Shown here piece after piece: positions 19,078 to 29,908 of a stretch of 64,000 nt of DNA. Location of the stretch: NCBI GenBank assembly GCA_963707505.1, contig CAVPQB010000006.1:480001-544000 (forward strand), in the 5' to 3' direction. This stretch comes from an uncultured Gemmatimonadales bacterium (GTDB lineage: Bacteria > Gemmatimonadota > Gemmatimonadetes > Gemmatimonadales > Gemmatimonadaceae). Under the pieces are notes generated by a model, which had not been told where the DNA came from, ran no database searches, and saw nothing but the letters and a program-made list of their open reading frames with translations. A program made the position numbers and the translations under genes. The stretch's first letter is position 1; each line of letters opens with the position of its first letter.

Positions 19078-19985
19078 GCCGCCTCCCGTGGTTGCGCGAT
19101 CGATTGTGTGAGCGCGAGGAACGCTTCCTCGAGCTGGATGCCGGATATTTCGAGATCGGACAGCGACTCGTCGCTCCACAACAGCTCTCGCGCAACGGAC
19201 TCGGCGTTCGTCACGACGAGATCCGCGTTGCCATGATCGTAGCGCAGCTGCGTAACGCCAGGAATGGCGCGGAGCTCTTCCTCGCTCAATCGTGTCGTGC
19301 AATGGATCTTGCGCCCGGAGACTCGTTGCTTGATCGCAGCCGGTGTTCCATCGGCGATGATCGATCCGTGATCTATCACGACGATGCGATCCGCGAGGGC
19401 GTCGGCCTCTTCCATGTAGTGCGTCGTGAGGAGAATTGTACGACCGCGCGACACGAATGCGCGGATCTGCTCCCAGAAACTTCTGCGAGTCTCCACGTCG
19501 AAGCCCAGCGTTGGCTCGTCGAGAAACAGCATGTCGGGATCGCCGCAGATTGCGAGCGCGAACAGCACACGCTGACGCTGACCGCCGGACAGATCGCCGA
19601 ACTTGCGATCGCCAAGTCCATCGAGACCCGCGGCCGCGAATATTTCGGCTGTCGGCATCGGGTTCGGGTAGTAGGTGCGAAAGAGATCGATGTGCTCGGA
19701 TACTCGCAGTGTTTCGGGAACCTTGCCAACCTGCAGCATCGCGCCGATGCGCTGGCGTGAGGACGAGCGTCGTGGATCGCCGCCGAATAGTGTTACCGAG
19801 CCTGCGGTCGGTGCTGCAAGGCCGAGCAGCAGCTTGACAGTCGTTGTCTTGCCAGCGCCGTTGGGGCCAAGTAGAGCGACTACGCCACCCGGTTCGATGT
19901 CGAGCGAGACGTTGCGCAGCGCGACTTTATCATTGTATGTCTTGGATACCGATGACATGCGTGCGGCGGGAGTTGTTTGTGTCAT
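19074..19985 (-). CDS. ABC transporter ATP-binding protein
   Basis: [27 protein letters not shown]. Confidence 0.95.
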   Translation of the reverse strand: MTQTTPAARMSSVSKTYNDKVALRNVSLDIEPGGVVALLGPNGAGKTTTVKLLLGLAAPTAGSVTLFGGDPRRSSSRQRIGAMLQVGKVPETLRVSEHIDLFRTYYPNPMPTAEIFAAAGLDGLGDRKFGDLSGGQRQRVLFALAICGDPDMLFLDEPTLGFDVETRRSFWEQIRAFVSRGRTILLTTHYMEEADALADRIVVIDHGSIIADGTPAAIKQRVSGRKIHCTTRLSEEELRAIPGVTQLRYDHGNADLVVTNAESVARELLWSDESLSDLEISGIQLEEAFLALTQSIAQPREAA

Positions 19986-21826
19986 TTGAAGCTCACCTCA
20001 TCGATTCGCAGGCTGAACGGGCCTGGAGTCGGTCCGGCGGTGAAGGCGATACCCATCACGTCGTGACCGTCGATTCCCTCGAACGCAGTGAATGGAAATG
20101 TGTATTCCTTCCATTCCGGGCCGGCGACGAAGTCAACAGAGAGCGGCATGAACCCCTTGCTCTTGGCGAACAACATTACGTGGTACGTGTGGCCGTCGCC
20201 TTTTGCCCAGAAGTGCAATGATTTGGCGGATGACAGATCTGCCGGCGCCATTGCCTGGATGCCGGGCATGAACATCGGGCCGGCCCATGCGTATTGCAGA
20301 CCTGGTGCGACTGTGCCAGTGGTCTCGAGCGATTTCGCCGTTCCGTTGGCACCGCCGTCGACGACCTTCATGGCGGCTGTCGATTTGCCACCGGCGAGCT
20401 GATCGGTGCTGACGATCCATCCCAGTCCGAACGACGCCTTTGTTGTACCGTCGTCGAAGTTGCTCACCATGCCGACGACGGATCCATTCGGTGCTGCACT
20501 CGGTGCTGCACTTGGAGTTGCACTGGTGGATGCCGGTGGCGGAGGTGGTGCGGGGACGCGATCGTACTTCACGCCGCCTTTCCATATTCCCTTGATGTCA
20601 CGAGTTGCAGTGATGTCGGATGTCGGGTCGCCGGCGACCAATAGAAGATCCGCACGCTTGCCGACCGCAATCGTGCCGCGATCCGCGAGGGAGAAAGTGC
20701 GTGCAGGAACGCTCGTCGCGGCGGCGAGTGCCTGCGGTGGAGTGAGACCTGCGCGCACGAGCAGCTCGAGCTCGCGGTGCAGCGCGATCCCGTGCGCGGT
20801 ACCGGGATTGGGGGCGTCGGTACCGGCGAGAATCGGCACATTCGCTGCAAGCAGCTGCCTTACCGTAGCTTCTGCGAATGCGAAATTCATCGCTGCGCGC
20901 GCACTCTTCGGGAACGGGAACGATGCGTCGATCGTAGCTCGGCTACTCGCCGAGAGGTATGGCGACAGGCGCGGGTCGATCGCGAGCGCCGCGACACCGG
21001 AGCTATCGGCGATGCTCTTGAGAACGGTGAGCGTTGGTGTGACGAATGCGTGATGCGATGCGACGACTCGTCCGAACTCCGGATCCGGCGCGTGATCGAT
21101 GAACAGGTGCTCGAGCCCGTCGACGCCAGCATCGATTGCCATTCGTGCGTCGGCGAGCGAGCCGATGTGTGCGACCGCAAGCTTGCCGCGTGCGTGTGCA
21201 GCCCTGGCGAGCGCAGCGACGATTGGAGCGGACAGAGTCGGGATGTGTCTGCCATACGTTGATCCGTCGTCGATTATGATCTTGATGTAGTCCGATCCTT
21301 CAGCGATGCGCGCATCGACCCAGGCCTGTGCGGAATCCGGTGACGTGATCGTGGGAACCTGCACGCCATACTCGGTGCCGTGTCCAGCGGGGGCGGTGGC
21401 GAGGATGCCTGCGGAGTAGAGGTCAGCGCGGTCTGCTACGTTTCCCTTCTTCTGCTCTGTGCGCATGCTGGCGGCGAGACCCGGATCTGTGAACATGTCG
21501 AGCTCGGTCGTCACACCGAAGGCGAGTGCCTGTTGCAGCGCATCGCCGAATGCGTGGGTGTGCGAATCTATGAGACCCGGCAGTAGTGTTGCTCCGGTGC
21601 CGTCGACAACAGTTGCGCCTGACGGTGTTGGAATGTGTGAAGCGATGGCGGATATTTTTCCATCGCTGATCAGTACATCACGCTCGCCGAGTGTTTTCGA
21701 TCCGTCGAATACGCGGACGTGGTGAAAGAGAGTCGCGCCGAGCTCGGATTGCGCGGTGGCGGAATGTGCTGAAGCGAGACTGATGAGACTCGCGATGACG
21801 ATCTGATATGAAAACGGTGCACGCAT
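19982..21826 (-). CDS. Secreted amidohydrolase with C-terminal CIA30/CBM11-like domain
   Basis: Signal peptide, PGLIDSHTH, AGTDAP, GKRADLLLV, Pro/Ser/Ala linker, then DLSSAKSLHFWAKGDG..WKEYTFPF. Confidence 0.88.
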   Translation of the reverse strand: MRAPFSYQIVIASLISLASAHSATAQSELGATLFHHVRVFDGSKTLGERDVLISDGKISAIASHIPTPSGATVVDGTGATLLPGLIDSHTHAFGDALQQALAFGVTTELDMFTDPGLAASMRTEQKKGNVADRADLYSAGILATAPAGHGTEYGVQVPTITSPDSAQAWVDARIAEGSDYIKIIIDDGSTYGRHIPTLSAPIVAALARAAHARGKLAVAHIGSLADARMAIDAGVDGLEHLFIDHAPDPEFGRVVASHHAFVTPTLTVLKSIADSSGVAALAIDPRLSPYLSASSRATIDASFPFPKSARAAMNFAFAEATVRQLLAANVPILAGTDAPNPGTAHGIALHRELELLVRAGLTPPQALAAATSVPARTFSLADRGTIAVGKRADLLLVAGDPTSDITATRDIKGIWKGGVKYDRVPAPPPPPASTSATPSAAPSAAPNGSVVGMVSNFDDGTTKASFGLGWIVSTDQLAGGKSTAAMKVVDGGANGTAKSLETTGTVAPGLQYAWAGPMFMPGIQAMAPADLSSAKSLHFWAKGDGHTYHVMLFAKSKGFMPLSVDFVAGPEWKEYTFPFTAFEGIDGHDVMGIAFTAGPTPGPFSLRIDEVSFK

Positions 21827-21914
21827 TGTCGTACGCTCCGATCGATACTGATGTGGTGACCGCCCAGGACCTGGCGGTACATGGAGTATCCCGGATCGCT
21901 GAATGTGCGGGTAG

Positions 21915-21950
21915 TGGAACGTGTCACCTGGATGACGTGACAAGTGTCAT
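21915..21950. promoter_or_regulatory. Candidate DesR-type operator
   Basis: Inverted repeat TGACA-AG-TGTCA (21938-21949) plus a second GTGTCA half-site 23 bp away, upstream of the operon that encodes DesK/DesR. Confidence 0.55.
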
Positions 21951-21975
21951 GTGGAGCGGGTAAGTTTTAGCAGCT

Positions 21976-22317
21976 ATGACGACACCGACGATTACTCCCG
22001 ACGAGTTTTTTGCGGCCGATCTGCGTGTGGGGCGTGTTCTGTCAGCGGAGCCGTTTCCGGAAGCGCGTAAGCCGGCCATCAAGCTGCGTATCGATTTTGG
22101 GGAGTTGGGCGTGCGGAGGTCGAGCGCGCAGTTGACGGCGCATTACACGCCCGACGAGCTGGTGGGACGGTTGGTGATAGCGGTGGTGAACTTCCCGCCG
22201 CGTCAGATCGGGCCTTTCATCTCCGAAGTACTGGTGCTTGGCGCGTGCACGACGCCGAGTGATGTGGTGCTGCTGGCGCCGGATGTGGACGTGCCGGTGG
22301 GGACGCGTATTCTATAA
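21976..22317 (+). CDS. csaA: CsaA-like tRNA-binding/chaperone protein
   Basis: DLRVG..FPEARKPAIKL..SSAQLT..VVNFPPRQIGPFISEVLVLG. Confidence 0.92.
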   Translation: MTTPTITPDEFFAADLRVGRVLSAEPFPEARKPAIKLRIDFGELGVRRSSAQLTAHYTPDELVGRLVIAVVNFPPRQIGPFISEVLVLGACTTPSDVVLLAPDVDVPVGTRIL

Positions 22318-22343
22318 GAAGGGCGGAGTGGTCTTCACGACGA

Positions 22344-22544
22344 TCACGCCGTTCGTCCCTGCGGGATTAGAAAGCCGGCCGTGAGATCGGAGCGTTTGTC
22401 GGATTCGTCAGGCTCGTGGGTTCCCTCTCCGGATGCGAACGGATCCGGGCCCTGTTCGAGGTAGACTTTGAGTAGATCGGACGTCTGTTCGATAGCCGAT
22501 TGGCGCCTTACTCGGGAGATTCTGGGGTGGAGCTCGAGTGCCAT
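22344..22544 (-). CDS. Small hypothetical protein
   Basis: 66-aa ATG ORF filling an intergenic gap; no motif. Confidence 0.35.
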   Translation of the reverse strand: MALELHPRISRVRRQSAIEQTSDLLKVYLEQGPDPFASGEGTHEPDESDKRSDLTAGFLIPQGRTA

Positions 22545-22649
22545 TTGGGGTGCCTATCTTGTTTGACGGTCGGCACGGCACCGTGCAGGATACGCACCAG
22601 GGAGGCCGGTAGGCAGCGTTCGAATCTGTAAGGATATCGAGGAGCGGGG

Positions 22650-23192
22650 TCAGGCCAGAGGTATCGTCGGGGGATAGGCGTAGATCGCGGTTGGGAGGCC
22701 TTCGGGCTTCATCTGACGCAGCTCGATGAAGGAGAAGCCGATCTTCTCGAGCAGCTTTATGGAGCGCGCGTTGTCCGGAGAGACGAGGGCGAGGGTGCGC
22801 GACGCCTTGAGTGTGGTGCGGGCGAATTGCAGCATTGCGGTCGCCGACTCGGTGGCGAACCCCTGGTACCAGAAGTCGGGGAGGAACGCGTAGCCCAGAT
22901 CTGCGTCGTCGAACTGGATCCGCTTGAGGAGTCCGCAGATCCCGATCGGGACGAGGGTGGTCTTGAGGGCAACCAGATAGAGGCCGTGGCCGTGCCGCTC
23001 GTAGCTCGCGATCGGACCGTTGAGCAGGTAGGTGGCTGCATCGTCGCGGGTTCGGATGCCGCGGTCGCCGATATTCGCGATGAACGAGGGATCGTTGACG
23101 AGCTCGAGGATGAAACCGGCGTCGTCGGTAGTGAAGTGGCGGAGGACGAGCCGATCGGTTTCCAGGACGGTCATGGGTGGCGGCGGCGTCAC
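22650..23192 (-). CDS. GNAT (RimJ/RimL-like) acetyltransferase
   Basis: LETDRLVLR, DLGYAFLPDFWYQGFATE, NARSIKLLEKIGF. Confidence 0.92.
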   Translation of the reverse strand: MTPPPPMTVLETDRLVLRHFTTDDAGFILELVNDPSFIANIGDRGIRTRDDAATYLLNGPIASYERHGHGLYLVALKTTLVPIGICGLLKRIQFDDADLGYAFLPDFWYQGFATESATAMLQFARTTLKASRTLALVSPDNARSIKLLEKIGFSFIELRQMKPEGLPTAIYAYPPTIPLA

Positions 23193-23256
23193 GAACGACG
23201 AGCTAGCGCTGAGGTAGCGTGGCTTGGTTCTGACATGTAATGGCAGGCTACATTTG

Positions 23257-23304
23257 TGGGGTCAGGTCTTGCGCCGTGCGCGCACGGCGCAAGACCTGAC
23301 CCCA
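23257..23304. repeat. Perfect 48-bp palindrome, REP-like
   Basis: TGGGGTCAGGTCTTGCGCCGTGCG/CGCACGGCGCAAGACCTGACCCCA. Confidence 0.8.
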
Positions 23305-23327
23305 TTCACAGTTTTTCGAGGCGTTCA

Positions 23328-25004
23328 GTGGCACCACAGTTCATATATGTAATGAAGGATCTCCGGAAGGTAGTTCCACCTTCGCGCGAGATACTGAAAG
23401 GAATCTGGCTCTCGTTCTATCCAGGCGCAAAGATCGGTGTCCTGGGCGCGAACGGAGCGGGTAAATCATCGTTGCTGCGCATCATGGCCGGCGTGGATCA
23501 GGATTTTCAGGGCGAGGCGTGGGCGCACGCGGGAACGCGAATTGGATATCTGCCGCAGGAGCCTCAGCTCGATCCTACAAAGAACGTGCGTGAGAACGTC
23601 GAGGAAGGGGTGAAGTCGACGCGGGATCTTCTCAAGAAGTTCGAGGAGATCTCGATGAAGTTCGCCGAGCCGATGGGCGACGACGAGATGAACAAGCTGC
23701 TGGAGCAACAGGGGCGGGTGCAGGAGCAGATAGATGCAGCGAACGCGTGGGAGCTGGATCGCACGATAGAGATCGCGATGGACGCGTTGAGATTGCCGCC
23801 GGGTGATGCGGCGGTGACGAATCTGTCGGGCGGTGAGAAGCGTCGTGTCGCGTTGTGTCGTGTGTTGCTGGAGCAGCCTGACATGTTGTTGCTGGACGAG
23901 CCGACGAATCACCTGGATGCTGAATCGGTTGCGTGGCTGGAGCGGCATCTCGCGGACTTCAAGGGAACGGTCGTCGCCATCACGCACGATCGTTATTTCC
24001 TTGACAATGTTGCGCAGTGGATACTGGAGCTGGATCGCGGCGCTGGTATTCCGTACGAGGGCAACTACACGGCGTGGCTGGAGCAGAAGCGCGATCGTCT
24101 CAAGTTGGAAGAGAAGACGGAATCAGCGCGGCAGCGAACACTGGAGCGCGAGCTCGATTGGGTGCGCATGGCGCCGCGCGCGAGGCAGGCGAAGAATCAG
24201 GCACGCGTGAAGCGATACGAGGAGCTGGCTGAAGCGGACACCGCGGAGAAGACGATGTCGCACGAGATCGTGATCCCGCCACCGCCTCGACTTGGCAACG
24301 ATGTTGTCATCGCAAAGGGATTGAAGAAGGGATACGGCGACAAGTTGCTGTATGACGATCTCACGTTCTCGCTTCCGCGCGGTGGAATCGTCGGCGTCAT
24401 CGGACCGAACGGTGCGGGAAAGACGACGATGTTCCGGATGATCGAAGGAACGGAGAAGCCGGACGCGGGATCGTTGACGATCGGTGATACGGTGGTGCTT
24501 GCGTACGCCGATCAGGAGCGCGCGCTGGACGGAGCCAAATCGGTGTATGACGAGGTGAGTCAGGGACACGATCTGATTCAGGTCGGGAAGCGCGAGATGA
24601 ATGCGCGGGCGTACTTGTCGACGTTCAATTTCAAGGGGACGGATCAGCAGAAGAAAGTTGGTGATCTTTCTGGTGGCGAACGGAATCGTCTGCAGCTAGC
24701 GAAGGTGTTGAAGGCCGGCGGGAATCTGTTGTTGCTGGATGAGCCGACTAATGATCTAGATGTCGATACGCTGCGCGCGCTGGAAGATGCGTTAATTGAT
24801 TTTGCAGGATGTGCGGTGGTGATTTCGCACGATCGGTGGTTTCTGGATCGTATTGCGACGCACATGCTGGCGTTTGAAGGGGATAGCGAGGTGGTGTGGT
24901 TCGAGGGGAATTACAAGGAGTACGAGGCGGATCTGCATAGACGGAAGGGGATAGATGCGGATCAGCCGAAGAGGATCAAGTACAAGGCGTTGGTGCGGGG
25001 GTAG
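23328..25004 (+). CDS. ettA: Energy-dependent translational throttle ABC-F protein
   Basis: [19 protein letters not shown], two ABC domains, [21 protein letters not shown]. Confidence 0.95.
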   Translation: MAPQFIYVMKDLRKVVPPSREILKGIWLSFYPGAKIGVLGANGAGKSSLLRIMAGVDQDFQGEAWAHAGTRIGYLPQEPQLDPTKNVRENVEEGVKSTRDLLKKFEEISMKFAEPMGDDEMNKLLEQQGRVQEQIDAANAWELDRTIEIAMDALRLPPGDAAVTNLSGGEKRRVALCRVLLEQPDMLLLDEPTNHLDAESVAWLERHLADFKGTVVAITHDRYFLDNVAQWILELDRGAGIPYEGNYTAWLEQKRDRLKLEEKTESARQRTLERELDWVRMAPRARQAKNQARVKRYEELAEADTAEKTMSHEIVIPPPPRLGNDVVIAKGLKKGYGDKLLYDDLTFSLPRGGIVGVIGPNGAGKTTMFRMIEGTEKPDAGSLTIGDTVVLAYADQERALDGAKSVYDEVSQGHDLIQVGKREMNARAYLSTFNFKGTDQQKKVGDLSGGERNRLQLAKVLKAGGNLLLLDEPTNDLDVDTLRALEDALIDFAGCAVVISHDRWFLDRIATHMLAFEGDSEVVWFEGNYKEYEADLHRRKGIDADQPKRIKYKALVRG

Positions 25005-25080
25005 ATTGGTGCGTGACGAACGGTATAGGAACTGCCCAACTTGACCAGAGCGCGGCACTGGTGACCAAACCCGGAGAACG

Positions 25081-25845
25081 ATGAGACGGACTGTGTGTAT
25101 CGCCTTCCTGTGCTCCGCTTTCGCGTCAGTCGCTACCGCGCAAACACAGCGACTGACATCTTCGTCAACCGAAGAGGCCAGTCTCGCGCGAGAACTGAGC
25201 AGGATTGCTCGCGAGAGAATACTCGCGTTCGACAAGGGGGACACCGCGTCATGGTCGCCTTACGTTGCTGACGACTATGTCGTCGCGACACCGTCGGGTG
25301 TCCTCCAGACCAAGCAGCAAGTCATGCAGGGGTTCCGGCCTCCGCTTGCTGGATACAGGGATGTATTCTCATTCGAAGATGCTCATGTCAGGCGCGACGG
25401 CGACGTCGCGGTGATGAGCTACGTCATCGACGAGTACGAGTTCTGGGATGCGCAGCGGTACGATGTCCCGAAGCTTCGGAAGACCGACACATACATCCTG
25501 CGAAACGGACGTTGGCTGATCGTCGCTTCACAGGAGGGCTTTATTCCAGCGGTCCCCAAGGCCGTCAAGCTCGACCCGACGATCTACGATGCATACGTCG
25601 GTCGGTATCAACTGATGCGCTCGCTCACCTATGCCGTGACGAGAAACGGGGACAGGCTGATGATGCAGGAGATCGGTCAACCTGGGAAGCGAACGCTCAT
25701 CCCTGCGTCGGGGACTACGTTCTTTTCGACCGGAGAGAGCGGACGGATCATCTTCGTGAAGGGCGCGAGGGGGAAGGTCACGCACCTGATAATTCGCGAC
25801 AACAATTACGATATACGCGTCAGGAAATTGCAGGCAGCTCGGTAG
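25081..25845 (+). CDS. Secreted NTF2/DUF4440 + DUF3471-like protein
   Basis: Signal peptide, DTYILRNGRWLIVASQ, LDPTIYDAYVGRYQL. Confidence 0.75.
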   Translation: MRRTVCIAFLCSAFASVATAQTQRLTSSSTEEASLARELSRIARERILAFDKGDTASWSPYVADDYVVATPSGVLQTKQQVMQGFRPPLAGYRDVFSFEDAHVRRDGDVAVMSYVIDEYEFWDAQRYDVPKLRKTDTYILRNGRWLIVASQEGFIPAVPKAVKLDPTIYDAYVGRYQLMRSLTYAVTRNGDRLMMQEIGQPGKRTLIPASGTTFFSTGESGRIIFVKGARGKVTHLIIRDNNYDIRVRKLQAAR

Positions 25846-26718
25846 AGCGCCGCCCTCGCCCTCTCTGAGAATCGATGGCCGCCTCCGCGATCGTCTCGAT
25901 GCGGCGCTCCTCGCTCTGGGACGACTGGACAGCGTGTCCACTTTGCTACCGGACACGCGCCTCTTTCTGTACATGTATGTGCGAAAGGAGGCGGTCCTGT
26001 CGTCGCAGATCGAGGGTACTCAGTCTTCACTTTCCGACCTGCTGCTCTACGAGGCGGATGCGTCCCCCGGCGTGCCCCTCGACGACGTCGTCGAGGTTTC
26101 GAGCTACGTGGCGGCCATGGAGCATGGCCTGGCGCGGATTCGTGATGGCTTCCCACTCTCCAACCGCCTGATCCGCGAGATCCACGGTATCCTGCTCCGG
26201 GAGGGCCGGGGTGCCGACAAGAGCTCCGGGGAGTTCCGACGCTCCCAGAACTGGCTCGGCGGAACTCGGCCGGGCAATGCACGCTTCGTCCCGCCACCGC
26301 CGGAGGAAGTGCCCGCGTGCATGGGAGCGCTGGAGCGCTGGCTGCGCGACGAGCCCGAGCGCACACCAACGCTGCTGAAGGCGGCGCTGTCGCACGTTCA
26401 GTTCGAGACCATCCACCCGTTCCTGGACGGTAATGGCCGCGTAGGTCGGCTACTCGTCACTCTTCTCTTCTGCGTCGAGGGTGTGCTCCAGGAGCCGCTA
26501 CTGTACCTGAGTCTGTATCTCAAACAACACCGGGACGAATACTACGATCGTCGCAGCTCGTCGAGCGCACGATGCTCTCGATGCCGGCGGTGAACAACGG
26601 GCTCACCGCGCTCGCGGCGAGCGGAATCATTCACGAGCTGACCGGTCGGCGTCGAAACCGGCTGTACAGCTATGCATCCTACCTGCAGATCCTGGGCGAG
26701 GGAACGCAGCCGATCTGA
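25846..26718 (+). pseudogene. Fic-family (DUF4172-Fic-wHTH) gene remnant
   Basis: KEAVLSSQIEGTQ and canonical HPFLDGNGRVGR. No start codon or N-terminus, and a jump at ~26550 straight into the C-terminal HTH (ELTGRRRNRLYSY) in another frame. Confidence 0.75.
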
Positions 26719-26939
26719 CGCCTGGTAGCTGGTGGCGACCCGAAGGCCATCGATAGCCGATCTCGGCGATCCATCGCTGATGGTCTAAGACTGAGGATTC
26801 GTGGGGGTGATATATGCGACCCCCAGAGGGAATCCAACGATCCTGCTTCACCGACATCACGCAAGTCATCGACCGGGAACGCTAGTTGCCGGTGGCCGGG
26901 TGGGTGCGTGAGTAACGGTCACGTCATGGGGGAGGAGCT

Positions 26940-27665
26940 ATGCTGATGCAGACGACGGGTGGGCTCGCGATCGACTGGACTCAGATGCCGACGTACAACA
27001 CCATCATGGCTGTTGCGGCGGGGAGCGGACTGATATCACTCGTGTACTTCGCCCGCGATCTCAAACGTGAGACCGATGTGCATCTGGAATCGTGGGCGCT
27101 CGCGCTCGCGGTACCGGGATCCATTCTCACGATCACGGGCGTCCACATGACGTTGACGTGGCCATTCGCGAAATACTTTCCGTACGACAACGTCATCTTC
27201 GGGGAGACGAGTTTTGCGTTTGGCGTGCTGCTGCTTGCCGCCACTTTCTTCCTGTGGCGTCGTGGGCCAGGTGTGATTGCGAGCGGTGATCCGGCCCGGT
27301 ATCTGGCGCGGGTCGCGAGACCTCTATCACTGTTCATTTTCGGAATGGGGCTGGCGCTGTGTGCGATCGCCATGGCTGGTCTGGTATTCAAACTGTTCGC
27401 CGCGCCTCCCGAGGAACCGATTTCTGGCATGTTTGCCGGCTATCCGTGGATCGAGGCGATATTCATGTCGGGCCTGTTCGGCCTCGTCGGAATCGGCGCG
27501 CTGCTATTTCCATTTGCGCTGCGTGGGTTCGCGCATGGTTCGGCTGATACCGTCGCACAGCGAATCATCGGGTGGTTCTGGCTGATTGGTGGTGCGGCAT
27601 TCTTTCTGTTTGGCGCTCTCAACTTCTTCACGCACATCGGGTTGATCGTTCACACGATGGGGTGA
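26940..27665 (+). CDS. DUF981-family membrane protein
   Basis: RBS GGAGGAG; IDWTQMPTYNTIM, HMTLTWP, FAAPPEEPISG. Confidence 0.75.
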   Translation: MLMQTTGGLAIDWTQMPTYNTIMAVAAGSGLISLVYFARDLKRETDVHLESWALALAVPGSILTITGVHMTLTWPFAKYFPYDNVIFGETSFAFGVLLLAATFFLWRRGPGVIASGDPARYLARVARPLSLFIFGMGLALCAIAMAGLVFKLFAAPPEEPISGMFAGYPWIEAIFMSGLFGLVGIGALLFPFALRGFAHGSADTVAQRIIGWFWLIGGAAFFLFGALNFFTHIGLIVHTMG

Positions 27666-27765
27666 AGAGTGACGCTACGAGATCGTTCTCTCGAATACCA
27701 GCGAGTAATACGAACTGCGAGCGTTAAATGGGTGATTGATCGGAGACGTGTTGCTGATCGTCACC

Positions 27766-28680
27766 TTACTGTCTTCCGGTCAGCTCGAAGCTGAAAGGTT
27801 CCTGGACAAACTGCTGCACGCTGCATCCTCCAATGCGCGCGGGTTCGAACTCAGCGTTCGGCAACCAGCGCATGACGGAATTCAGGAAGTCATTGTAGGC
27901 GGCGAGCAATTGTCCGGTCGGCCGCTTTTGCCTTGATGCCCAAACTTCCCTGATCGATCCGGGGATCACGTGACCGGTCGTGTCGATCTGGAACGCTGCT
28001 ATCACGACGGCAGTGATTCCGGCACGCCGTTCTGTGGGTGGGTAATCGGGTCCGGAGCCAGCCTTCATCCTTGCTGGTACTTCCGGTGGAAAGAGGACGG
28101 AGAATATGGGAGATGCAAAGCGGCCGGAATGTGACAGTTGAATCTTGCCGGGATCTGTCAACTCGACGCTGAGACCGAATGTCAAGGAGTCGCCGGACGT
28201 GCCCTCAGGCCAGAATGGTCCTTCGTCTTCGTCCAGGGTCTTGTGTACAGCAGTGAGCAATATTGCTGCTGCAGCGGAGTCGGTATGCGGTGATATTAGC
28301 TGGAAGACGGGAGCGGCGTTGCGATAGATAGTGACGGCGAGGGCAATGTGGGACTCGATCCTGTGCCAGGTGATGAGGGGCTCACCGGGCGGAAGCGTGT
28401 CGCCTTTGGCGTTGAGAAGACCGCGCACGTGCAGCGATACCGACTGCGCAAACAGGTCCGCCATTTGTCCAACGCCGGAATCGACTGGCTCCTTGATGGT
28501 GGCTCTCAAGTAAACAATGCTCGGAATCGACGGTACTATGGAGACCGTGTCCAGACACGATGTCGCGTGCGTGATTGGACTCTTGTCGGGAGACTGCGCG
28601 AAAAGTTCGGGCGTCGACAGAGCGATGCACGCGGTGACTGCAAGCCAGACGATGTCATTCGGACTTCGTGTGTGTTGCAT
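27766..28680 (-). CDS. TonB C-terminal domain protein
   Basis: Signal peptide; PDYP..GITAVVIAAFQIDTTG..FEPARIGGCSVQQFVQEPFSF. Confidence 0.8.
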   Translation of the reverse strand: MQHTRSPNDIVWLAVTACIALSTPELFAQSPDKSPITHATSCLDTVSIVPSIPSIVYLRATIKEPVDSGVGQMADLFAQSVSLHVRGLLNAKGDTLPPGEPLITWHRIESHIALAVTIYRNAAPVFQLISPHTDSAAAAILLTAVHKTLDEDEGPFWPEGTSGDSLTFGLSVELTDPGKIQLSHSGRFASPIFSVLFPPEVPARMKAGSGPDYPPTERRAGITAVVIAAFQIDTTGHVIPGSIREVWASRQKRPTGQLLAAYNDFLNSVMRWLPNAEFEPARIGGCSVQQFVQEPFSFELTGRQ

Positions 28681-28936
28681 GATGAGTGAAAGTGTCGGAC
28701 CAAATAAGCGAACGTGATTCCGAAGCTACCAACACCAGCAATATCCAGTGGAAAATCCCCGCTCGCCAATGTAGCACTTTCAGTTGATACAAGCTTGAGG
28801 TTCCTGGATCGCGCATCGGCCTCAGGCTCCGGGGCCAGCCTCCATCCAGATGCGCCGTCACTCTGTCACTTCTTCGCTCTGGCGCGACGCGTCAGTTACG
28901 CGCAGCTTTTATCCCTCTCCTCAACCCCACGTCTCC

Positions 28937-29843
28937 ATGACGACACGCCGGCAGGTAGCGCTCGGACTGGTCTCAGTTTGCTGCTGTCTCATCGCTGGCA
29001 AAGTTGGTAGTCAGGCACCATCATCCGGTTCGTCCACGGGTGACACTGCTGCGAGTCACGTACGCGCCGCGGAGCGGTTCCTCGTCGCGACCGACGCAGA
29101 GAAGATGATGAATGAAGAGACAGATCAGGTGCTTCAGGTTCAGCTCAGGCGCAGTCCCTCAATGGCGCAACTGCTCGCGCCGCAGCAGGCGATCATACGC
29201 AAGTACATGAACTACGCTGCCGTCAAGCCTGACCTGATCAAGGCTTATACTGCGACTTACAGCGAGAGTGAGCTGAATCAGCTCATCGCATTCTATCAGA
29301 CGGATCTTGGCAGGATGATGCTGGAACGCACACCGAAGGTCGTTGAGCTGACTCGCGCTGCGACGGAAGCGCGGATGAAGGCTGCGGAACCGGAGTTGAG
29401 GGAGGCGATTCGTCGTTCGATCACTTCGCAATTTTCCAATCCGGCAAGTGACAGCCTGCAGAGATCCAACAACACTTACTTCGAGTTTCAGGTGGAGAAG
29501 CCAGCGGTTCCGCTCGATACATCCACTACGCTCGCGTATCCGGCGTCACTCAAGGGCAGCGATATAGGAGGTCAGGTTTCGGTGCAGTTCATCGTCGACA
29601 CAACCGGAGCGATCGAGACGGGGACCACGAAGGTTGCTGCGAGCGACGTACGATTTCATGGTTCCGATAGCTCGTCGGCACCTGGCGGAGCTGCGTTTCA
29701 GTCCGGCGGAAAGGAACGGTCAGAAGGTAAGGCAGCTGGTGCAGATGACGTTCAGATTCGAGCCGGCACGGTCAAGTGCCAAGGGTAGTTCCAGCCCGGG
29801 CTCCATCGCAGCCACATTGCCTTTCAGTGCGTACACTATCTAG
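28937..29843 (+). CDS. DUF2059 + TonB C-terminal fusion (frameshift near 29635)
   Basis: YSESELNQLIAFYQTDLGR, then YFEFQVEKP..VQFIVDTTG, continuing in another frame as FSPAERNGQKVRQLVQMTFRF. Confidence 0.75.
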
Positions 29844-29908
29844 CGAGTATTTTCGCAGCTAGAATTTCCAGTCTCAGTCCAGTTTCCTTTTCAGAAGGCC
29901 CATTTCGA

